DNA of 64,000 bases. It comes from Monocercomonoides exilis PA203. Its lineage: Eukaryota > Protista > Preaxostyla. Shown piece by piece: positions 60,101 through 64,000 of this stretch. The stretch's first letter is position 1. The number at the start of each line of letters is the position of its first letter. Under the pieces are notes generated by a model. It was not told the origin of the DNA. It ran no database searches and saw only the letters and a program-made list of their open reading frames with translations. The DNA is taken from positions 2,418,001 through 2,482,000 of the forward strand of contig LSRY02000002.1 in the NCBI GenBank assembly GCA_001643675.2. Direction: 5' to 3'. The position numbers and the translations under genes were made by a program.

Positions 60101-63100
60101 TTGCTTTGCAACTCTCTATCACTTAAATATTTATTTATTGACTTGAAAAGTATAAATCTGAATCTATTAATATTTGCCAATGATAACATTAACATTAAAA
60201 TATCAACGAAATCATAGCATCTTCCAAGGATAGGCACTGTGACATTGCATTTATCTTTATTTGTCGCTTCTGCTGGTGATATAAACTGAAGCAAATAAGC
60301 AAAGCATTCAGCAGCAGCCTCTTTCATGCGAGGCGATCCAGTGACAAACAATCTTGCAACTGTTTCAATAGGAGAAAATTGATAATTCGAATCAAATAAT
60401 CTTTTCTTTTCATAAATAGATTTTGTGCTGTTAATAAAGTCATTGTTGAATTGATTCAGGGCAATGAGCTCGCGAAGAAGAGAAAGAGCATCATATGCAA
60501 CAGTATCATCCAAAGCAACAACATCAATTGTATTATAATTTCTATCCATTCCTAAATTGAGTACTTGTTCATCGCACCAATCCTCCTCTTCTGTTCGGCA
60601 GAATGAAACTTTGGCAACACACATCTCAATTGAATCGCGAAGCACAACTTCAGAGGCTTTGCTATTATTCATCAAAGACTTTTCAACAGCATCGGATTGC
60701 TCTTCCTTTTCGTTTGGAAACAGTTGAGCTTTCTCGTCAAAAGATTTGCTTTTTTTGATGGTGGAGAAGTGTTTGAGCAGAGCTGCATTCTTCATTGTTG
60801 CTTCCAACATGTCCAAACCCAAATGAGCACGAGGAGTTGTGATGAAAGCGTCTGCTTCAAAACTGAATGAAAGTGCAGATAAAATATCGTTTAAGACTGC
60901 TAACACTTCTGTTCTTAGTGGAATAAACTCTTCTTGGATACAAAGAGATTTGTCATACAACGCAAACAGCATTGAGCGGAGGACAGAAATTGCAATGACT
61001 TTCATTTTTGTATATTCGAATGTTGGACAATTTGGCAACATTATAATTTGTCTTAATGACTTTGATAACTCTGATACTCCTTTTTCCAGTAAATTCTTAG
61101 ATTCTTTTGAAAGCGGCTGTGAAAGGAAATACAGTAAAACGCTCCCAACTGTTCGCAAAACATCTAAAATTGAAGAAATCCTGGAGCATAGCAAAGCCGT
61201 TTGAGGAGATATCCAAAGAAGCATTGCAGAATGCCTTTTTAGAAGAGACAAGTTTGTTGTTTCATTTGCCATTGCTGACGATGATGATGATAACAATGAG
61301 CTGACGCAATGTTGTTTCGCAAACTCAGAAATTTCTTTATTCAGAAGAGAAATCACACCTTCGAGAAGTCTTAATCCATCAAAGGAAAGCCGGTTTCCAT
61401 CGTCAAATATTTTGCTTCGCATTGAAGGAGCAAACAGTGTTGATGCAATGAAATGTGCACTTGTGCTGATTTGTTGAATGCTGAGTGTGGTAAACAGACT
61501 GTGTGCCAGATCATCTACTGGACTGATAATTTCATTCAAAAGCGCAACAGCTGTGTTCCTTCTCAAGTGATTGCTCACTTCACATTTCAAAAGTGCCCTA
61601 AGAAATGAAGCAGAAGCGGATACACAATTCACCAATTGCTCAGAATCCTTTGTAATTAGGCTGCTTAAGCTTACTGATTTGATTGCTTTTTGTGCAATTC
61701 GAAGAAGCTCTGAATCGGAACATGAAAAGATAAGATTCATTGCAAGTGACTTAGTATTTGAGCCATTTGTGTTAAATTCTGGGGTTATTTTGATTGGTGT
61801 TGCAATTTTTGAATCGATTTCTTTTAGCATGAAGGAGATTAGAGAACGAATAACTTCGCATGAATTATCATTTAAGTGTTTAACCAAAGTTATGCACTCA
61901 ATTTCGCTCATCGATTGAAGAGACGAAAGTGTTTGAGGTGTTTCGGTTGAAACAACCTCAAGAGATGAGGATGCAGACGATGACGAGGAACTCGCAGAAG
62001 CAGAAGCAGATGCAGATGCATCCAAATCAGAAAATGACACAGAGGAATGTGTTATCTGAACATTTGGTGCAAATGTTTGTCCTTTTGCTCGGGAAAACAC
62101 TTTCTTTGTGCAGCAGTCAGCAAGCGATGAGAGGGCATAAATCATCTCTGCGCACCACAATCCATCTCCAATGTAATCCTCTTTGTGTTCTGACTTCTTT
62201 TTCGTCCCTTTTTGTTGTTCGGTTATTGATAGCAATGCAGCTGCTGAAGGAGTCAACGAAGCGGTCTTTTCGAATGAGAGCTGCTCTTTCCTTTTCATTG
62301 CAATTGTTTTGTGCATGATGCTGCGTTTGATTCTAAGCATCTCATCATCCTCTCCTTTAACAACTCCTCCAATTGCAATTGATGACTGTGCAATTATTGG
62401 CACAACGTTGCAATCAACTCCCCAATCAACACCACTTTTGTCAGAAAAGAATGAAAATACCAATGCAGGCTGCATAATCACGAGTTCTTCCTTGGGAAAT
62501 GATGATCCTGTGTACAAGGCAAGTCTTCTTCCATCTTCATGGAATTTCTTTGGCAAGCGAATGGCTCTTCGATATGTATGAGAGTGAGATGAAGGTGATG
62601 TGGATGAAGGTGAAGATGAAGTTGTCTGCTCTGAATTGACTGTTGAGAAGGATTTCTCAACTGCAATGGCCATTTGTTGGCGGGTCGGAAGAGAAATCGT
62701 GAGAAAGTCATATCTTTGCTCTGTTTTGCATTGTGAATTGAATTTTATTCGATAACCAAGTGCAGATGGCACAAACACGATTTCTTTCCAGTCTTCGTTG
62801 TTCTTGTAAGGATGTGAAGTGAATATTCGAGTTGTGATCAGTTTTGGTGGTGTAATGACAGTGTTTCTGATTAATCGAAGTTGTTCTGAATAGAATTCTG
62901 ATGGATGAAGTGAGTGAAGAGGAGGCAATTGAAGTTTATTAGAGGAAGATGTTGAAGGGTATTTGTCTTCTGATGGTTTTTCGGAGAATTCTCCGAAAAG
63001 ATATGAAAAAAGATTGTTTAGAACAGAAATAAGTGAGAAAACAGAAGGAGCAAAAAGTGCAGATGCATCGACAGACAATGAACTGATGAAGGAAACTAAA

Positions 63101-64000
63101 GGAAGCAAAGGACGAAGCAATGATCCAATCAAGCAACGGTGAATTGATGACAGAATGTTTGCTTTAAGGAAAGGAGGAAGTTGTTTGTTGGATTCTGATT
63201 CGATTTTTTCTCGAATTCTTCTTATCAAATGATAAGCAACAGCTTTTGCTTCCTTCATGAGCACAAGCGAGTAATGCGCAAAGAAAGGAAAGACCGCATT
63301 CGAAACAGGATCAATAGATTCTGCTGGAACAGACAAAGGTGATTCCTTTGATTGTTGCTCATCTTCATTTTGCTGATCATCTTTGTCAGCTTCGATAGAA
63401 GATTTGATGTTTTGCACGTTGCGTTGAGCGAATCCCTCTCGAGGGATCAAACGGAAGAACAGAGAAAACAGTTGCCTCTGCAAAAACAGGAGGAATAAGC
63501 GGAGGTTAAACGATGATTCATCAGAAGAATAAGATGAAGGAAGTGATCGAGGGCAAAAGGCACGGTCACATTCTTTGACTGATGCAATGGACTCGCACTG
63601 AATCAATGAGGAAAGAATTGAAAGCAGTCCACTGATAATAGGATTCACAGACGAAGAAGACGAGTCTGCATTAAAAGACAATGAATCCAAAGAATAAATC
63701 GGATATCTCCGGGCGCTGATGCCTTTGAAGAAGGCTGTGCTGTTATTCGATTCCGCGCTCATTCTTCCCGCCTTTCTTAAAGTTTTTGGATCGGAAAACA
63801 CAGAAAAGATTATGTGCTGATAGACTTCTTGTGGAATGACATCAAATGTGTGTTGCAGAATTTCGCTAACTGATGATCTAAAAACAATAATCTTTTGTGA
63901 TTCGGGATTTCTTTGCTGAATAATTTCAGACAGTGCATCGACTGAAGCTGAAGCTGATTCTGATAGACCTGTTGCCATTATCGCAGAAACAGACAATGCT
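45109..64000 (-). CDS. Giant (>6,295 aa) HECTD4/ZZEF1-style scaffold: two CUB-like domains, UBR-like zinc fingers, degenerate PIMT-like domain, Leu-rich repeats, truncated HECT-like C-terminus; 5' end outside the window
   Basis: Single ~18.9-kb open frame. CUB-like: TSHPYKNN..IKFNSQCKTEQRYDFLTI..FSFFSDKSGVDWG (~62400-62830) and SPHPYKG..FDKNCET..WGWKV (~48440-48725). Cys/His clusters at ~57735-57915 and ~54375-54660. HECT N-lobe-like motifs VGFEGENAE, YLRFFGVIMGVCALSGYPLSLPLASSFWSLL and IRSGLLQIVP..LKLFI just before the stop. Confidence 0.8.
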   Translation of the reverse strand, partial: ALSVSAIMATGLSESASASVDALSEIIQQRNPESQKIIVFRSSVSEILQHTFDVIPQEVYQHIIFSVFSDPKTLRKAGRMSAESNNSTAFFKGISARRYPIYSLDSLSFNADSSSSSVNPIISGLLSILSSLIQCESIASVKECDRAFCPRSLPSSYSSDESSFNLRLFLLFLQRQLFSLFFRLIPREGFAQRNVQNIKSSIEADKDDQQNEDEQQSKESPLSVPAESIDPVSNAVFPFFAHYSLVLMKEAKAVAYHLIRRIREKIESESNKQLPPFLKANILSSIHRCLIGSLLRPLLPLVSFISSLSVDASALFAPSVFSLISVLNNLFSYLFGEFSEKPSEDKYPSTSSSNKLQLPPLHSLHPSEFYSEQLRLIRNTVITPPKLITTRIFTSHPYKNNEDWKEIVFVPSALGYRIKFNSQCKTEQRYDFLTISLPTRQQMAIAVEKSFSTVNSEQTTSSSPSSTSPSSHSHTYRRAIRLPKKFHEDGRRLALYTGSSFPKEELVIMQPALVFSFFSDKSGVDWGVDCNVVPIIAQSSIAIGGVVKGEDDEMLRIKRSIMHKTIAMKRKEQLSFEKTASLTPSAAALLSITEQQKGTKKKSEHKEDYIGDGLWCAEMIYALSSLADCCTKKVFSRAKGQTFAPNVQITHSSVSFSDLDASASASASASSSSSSASSSLEVVSTETPQTLSSLQSMSEIECITLVKHLNDNSCEVIRSLISFMLKEIDSKIATPIKITPEFNTNGSNTKSLAMNLIFSCSDSELLRIAQKAIKSVSLSSLITKDSEQLVNCVSASASFLRALLKCEVSNHLRRNTAVALLNEIISPVDDLAHSLFTTLSIQQISTSAHFIASTLFAPSMRSKIFDDGNRLSFDGLRLLEGVISLLNKEISEFAKQHCVSSLLSSSSSAMANETTNLSLLKRHSAMLLWISPQTALLCSRISSILDVLRTVGSVLLYFLSQPLSKESKNLLEKGVSELSKSLRQIIMLPNCPTFEYTKMKVIAISVLRSMLFALYDKSLCIQEEFIPLRTEVLAVLNDILSALSFSFEADAFITTPRAHLGLDMLEATMKNAALLKHFSTIKKSKSFDEKAQLFPNEKEEQSDAVEKSLMNNSKASEVVLRDSIEMCVAKVSFCRTEEEDWCDEQVLNLGMDRNYNTIDVVALDDTVAYDALSLLRELIALNQFNNDFINSTKSIYEKKRLFDSNYQFSPIETVARLFVTGSPRMKEAAAECFAYLLQFISPAEATNKDKCNVTVPILGRCYDFVDILMLMLSLANINRFRFILFKSINKYLSDRELQSKQQSSSLSSTKDDHAFYFLILCVRLMNSTETLTHNFSSLAKLVMEPSSPLIKKLAADSVPYLLLSRNESLQTAANPTKYLSSSEELFSVISPFLMLPKGDPSILLDAKSGAFHSMIGGDQLDEATLTVGVEWVHHLKQCLQKNRTGWNRSDEQNISCSSASIIKPEPSILEFAVKSPFSETPSPESSPYPSLYTSDSPSDEPSQSKSLAQRASSSFEPEMERRLCVFIASVIRFFAVPFRCHSASSLRNIQQKVSYLIKSIIKNKAGEGELNWSSFLSSNVKGNILELPTRISDAFSWLSISYENEEDDKEISFTDSSCQNLQIARIHEIVQSLSALTLLKADSVSPHSEGVSEHQLNHQNVAVKQTDYKAGLDLNCKVQSKDVTNEEKGNNCCDAECAANKLENENSTCSSNWPIALNLFCYQSVCHDSTHSENEMEKLSDMIGAITKQYEKQNDLNRHMLQNGKESMEHPMMLTALLVLSHANLIIRSLISELATDCLSHSHSSDFSTTKGVFSMYPLISFLRSAFNSSLADIPESALKLNQMIDKFNETTVQNDLAYMLSKNDIDNVIIDEAQLPSFIDGKNDSVMKINKKKKEATETFKKEKGEEGSSKNKANEADESDEDESSSEGLNDISKRLSSEVQRLEALKASRKRAAMPMHPQYEDEPIVDFEDFDPVGGVSSAITTIRPVVDQSSQASSSASSSSTSSSVFVDKYLSLWESSSSFFDVVTTVCFCFCRRCYTLGIAKCACGAFLKSRSQIIDDSAMDQFICEECGSKGRIFDSFECSCRFPDDDESDSSSLVDSLSDDSEKKDDASAAAVPQHSNLFYDDGPYDDEEYSDEEDMPMSHLPPPIKKKKKKRTHEGKLSKAEKKQIRAERKKEVAKEKRRMKLIKSEALSAFFALVSRLELKAVGLALSSGKEPLTCLLHCKKSSVARFPINGLKTLMQWIPNERKLFCPVDNDLKKKGLSQPERGTSSMTLESGSTGESGVGPISNADGVAIVSSAHQSDEEKNEDEDGWDRSRIIDYSEVKHPSLVVDPNLLWAEDDLKQKKKRKTKESKKSTNVQEHLQAPYNLSFKQREFDSLGCEWSVLPCFLSKDAIESFLNVPPSTKFERMRRNAFWMSSKEQATQLIESSKKMLPLMQAERDKEERLISTIQKTASSGKANETFAQNANLLIPPNLVNQHLPSPTDEHLLLSPFSALSDSKYAKISCFSTIYPALSPLPLRIVQETVKSYLRTTIADHIDDWKKGWSSIEFAPNQVPMRSLPHYSHVARLMKDFMGKSLFFPPYLVMSFIHSLSLSAGDRVLIVSGDNYALSAAAARLVRPGGIVMQPMSTDQFQLLKKIQASKQNKLKVQISLLPEATRNQKREQREKEKQTAEICLRCHTNPCCCASMPLYDSLECDFPMNFFPFVSVLLAMEKDLFTFDKILITGAVDNRSLCHALSLLDPETRDACLIYTEIDEGRVVALYPNHKAKNAMKSNENDATSTHFNGEEHQIIKRMYFRLNRPTVVEGIPKGGVMKLNEEKAEIILNSSVSKRYLFRIKDAQHVFLNSFIEPETEKRENSHSNTSSTDMLGGALTSSSSGPFSQSTSLGLPPFMSPKNKSKGLYPFVCTIESQVQPSFLGFSLGIRDRQSGLDEQGILQKFRQGAQGEWSSVQCIQEGICSVFATPHELINNPTKPFLEKKMKQIRKKERIHPAYVFNEELESRLPKMPEDPLLLPCYMWNLLSSGQLSELANRSGSIPFAISPSSPSVSSLPSAASEHSSSGRKSHDKDRSSAVSVKMLPLIAEIGMTSMVPVSHQAKLYIELSYISCFHCGLHDSEGLCISCFVKCHDHRHRRAIEGEGSQDSEKKRLKPVSVKKNMEQQLPVSSYGGPSFALSRTMPPRTLNPSKDVNIRSCEAFCDCCKSKHQDWPCFCNPLEHPASQLESNFSGHKKYSGPPGMASYTKKDKRELLDDIPRPGDYIWISASQEIFPPFFISTKTAMKLVKDGEQVTFMGRLWKSTNEEEKVSDEAEIEELSSETKEEEKVELKEESESKAFEQPAIASVSDEEQSIKSDEPELKLKEPMKKNHSTAKALTLLLLKCADQIHLPADEKIEDESSIKSPIVEEEFKSHQIKDKRALTLAILTALKQNESKKLSESVDPVVNAKKLSRGLSLLLLNYSMNGHKSLSNPFRSGSSQDSKIEGLSAKPSQKAKALALLLLNMHSKDSENVKKSALAKSSITNAIPSCGSSHKGLSLLLLTMNHKKNESKKLLNPFCSSTIGGERSSSEMSKMSKALLLLILTKKIGRGKPLQTSLPESDSAVSRLLGKSSPLSSEAAHKSWSKLDSNSQMPAINQSSAFSPSKKQETEVKDEFWKGGEPDLTTVSSKLGAVSLLLLTFSMAKDKSTSSSTAKISNEVYNTSVFKRNSSEKPSNICTAESNQRISKDVEKEDRSMQNKDDSKRRNAKKGALLLLSLTRSYLKDMSATDSFHQRNPFSTSCREQKVISQDSKPSSGISKTNYKNMAKALDLLLLTKAHKTDKKRALNLLMLTKNHKSDKKRALSLLLLTKERKAAKKRALNLLLLTKAHKSEEKQSVESSLKSDFHFSENHSTNDSFNADSTCPITQSGPVAFGRTNSAVSSHTFVSQPPLTHISFGRQSSPSSSIAAFGSTEVESDQESKSAQNESIPLRFGRSSFDEKKDDSLKEEKEESETKTPSSIQAEEKEGADNAEEPKRGEENSKKGSLEKFQSLTMEIEKELKEAQQLQSEVDADSEMVASLLSDAFSAFEDAGLPIDMSMFEDFGIMKGLGGAKEEDEISEIEEKSDDEDENRSEFEQSSGGKCSKSSKHQHNKKFRRFWNENEKLLGGASSDDEDESEEEESTSESDDDDDDDDEDDDDESSLSSSNSDSEDNSSESSYDAESLIDDRENLPFMKEQTLSTNSQLCISSSPQKDSTALLSGSFPSERRQTSIQLDLTKDLQVAGASLPYELIEKKEANVMNNYKRKCKADAMWTVITGSEQKEINGEQKCSEDKEKDMTKRNKHFSLKDKLVGEIKEKMRELEIKGIISQKQHSSSETDKNDPQRMAEMLVDVQDRAYYSTIKAKQQKLFNQPVFAPYAFLLKDEEENGVDGSNAERKDGVQDAVFELPSTESMLAAERLNADAFPILRSLTDNEIASSSETGLSNPLLIPVPKGGIFEEGAEKEIKNTFPSGILTEDQEKSCSTPYFPPLLSGDLTGTQFSAGTFGYQCAMRSWNEQVEAGLKRNAAVIEQSNVESKKPGNLMQMKVPQIQKEKENEGSDEKETFSEAHERWIAHRDGTKTNLTTSFNIGQLVAYYPRSSDLTGAGTQRKDEPVYQIQDNSLEEGEEYKEGKERPARIISMNGDKSRLFILIDEKEKGTQQLLWVDSSRVRVYSHLSCKHHCGMLAWDEDDNSKIDEIEARKNEVTVEDLNALAQKSSTSSALKEVNKDEVGNGDALSHPTDKTFFSQTNSAALFSHGEDDSKLSIDPQKKVSFRRIRENVPSIAREVLAAEAELSRSISALTFFTYLLSIPSCRSNSSEVDAVVPSFASYISGLDRGMVAGAIKRLLSKHLVVLPWSVLRKPASIRESCNLAFDSLASPMAALHALTLQMVRMVRDEAKTLLSKCIKAPQSEDSQKLEYSEETNGWKCPTAATLCCLSSQLSHLEDYDIHGKDESLIGFIVAHLNSSIYNWNAIAEGLVDADSSFFSLEMLKSEAFTETVLCSASSLSSNSFITPSLVDFYRTRIGEMQHKAKIDKVLMTPSSLLLKDNTPTWGDFFDLSKTQIAASPHPYKGHSSFACEVHIPGASGLHFIFDKNCETADADDELLFCDPEKGTVLHSCSGDAGRYNWSDFTLSNINRVELKFNVKSDLEPTWGWKVYVVDASGSSAKETSHSKDQMEESKRFLKKMRERESVIQKKMEHRLLKLKKKNKKLSKKDVEFENEYNLRKDVMDCTKISSNEEIDELFSELSPNVDPLDEVLLSHPKHTLEFGSSKSASLLPSLSSFKKQFISTSWNDEILKSVKLIHQSKDGYHKDNLESATSEGSLEFIIWSIQLLLCLPLSVSIEQTEKKLLLDLSPFLYPLLQIVYSMNPRCKLLPIFSFLLSSLIHRSVTCLSELSAAEFLSVRDGLPILQLEAFRKRIESEEFEYLLPNSVALLELKAEMSCLCELCNNERKDDASLCISSLSLKSSSSSSETVNEYLKSSFPLYVSTEDLSLALDLEHLQQRLFEDFHLFHSFFEKYSTNELLGLHSKSDLPSKHSPAEQIMLLRLLKMVKSHIMLFQALLYANGTDLRPLCNSLDGKSCLPSIKQESDMSIEYTFKDTSQIKVENVVFSNISDDTQVTVKSKKFNESESPDAAKDVAVYSNKVSIGTIKFIEGNKVCINVKSSEAKSASKGTAILTLTPKFENVHALEDYVNADNFEIPQIPAIKEAKLSDAELVELVNSKMVASNVTLIRNLSDPQLLFLIFPSFISKPQIALYYCIRLSLILLLNKTVSSLISTVPVHLLLSSSYSFVQMMLSLKHLLLMPLKINLWKLHLSSHITRELFISPSITRHRQRLLQLQSSSTWNAKEELKEVEMKASSINVKRDIVHLRVESGKPIFVQAMNALADGIERGLIDSNDHCFVIEAVNVKAKPQEFMKLFKKLCSSDNSTHNIEAEKVHLQATYEDYDGCQPTSLELIDPRMEIEEDEEENSEDAIYASGKKRKGLEKIEKTDQELIEEDENFDPSADFRALLSDLGLLINPFMSESAKANEREKEAKRKRERERKERIKQEKMKEKLKMIQAMGSGEREAEKDRPCRVVGFEGENAEVVGEMKECLQHISEELNPLCRNSPFNKQENMDDEEEREEQLKADDNKLPLLSVCNDNETSVLILNSSNSPAGWGLQSTSQKEFFEMKRKYLRFFGVIMGVCALSGYPLSLPLASSFWSLLAGNCESKASDVVFCASDVQEIRSGLLQIVPLEIILEMTGNDLKLFINEGFLSNVRKF
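52372..52572 (-). repeat. In-frame 51-bp (17-aa) tandem repeat, about 4 copies, within the giant gene
   Basis: AKALDLLLLTKAHKT / DKKRALNLLMLTKNHKS / DKKRALSLLLLTKERKA / AKKRALNLLLLTKAHKS. Confidence 0.85.

Overview
Eukaryotic genomic DNA from an AT-rich protist. Intergenic regions are very AT-rich, GT-AG introns are short and clustered near 5' ends, and proteins carry long Ser/Glu/Lys low-complexity inserts. Genes end in TAA or TGA (standard code). The overall style and a decayed copy of a lineage-specific gene family suggest the oxymonad Monocercomonoides (inference). I read 13 protein genes: a secreted Kelch-repeat protein (runs off the left edge and is absent from the ORF track), SART3/Prp24, a serpin, a C69 dipeptidase, ZNHIT3/Hit1, an FKBP15-like protein with a FAM21-like LFa tail, a small protein resembling only the N-terminus of DHX37/Dhr1, a TmcB-like polytopic membrane protein ending in a degenerate hemerythrin, a membrane-anchored S41-like peptidase, three hypothetical proteins, and a >6,295-aa protein (runs off the right edge). 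The giant protein has two CUB-like domains, UBR-like zinc fingers, a degenerate PIMT-like methyltransferase domain, a Leu-rich helical repeat and a truncated HECT-like end with no catalytic C-lobe. Non-genic features are a 360-bp perfect inverted repeat, an older degenerate inverted-repeat element enclosing TTAGGG dimers, a pseudogenised ISL2EU/Harbinger-type transposase and a pseudogene fragment. No rRNA, tRNA or CRISPR array was recognised. All family calls come from motif recognition by eye, not database searches.
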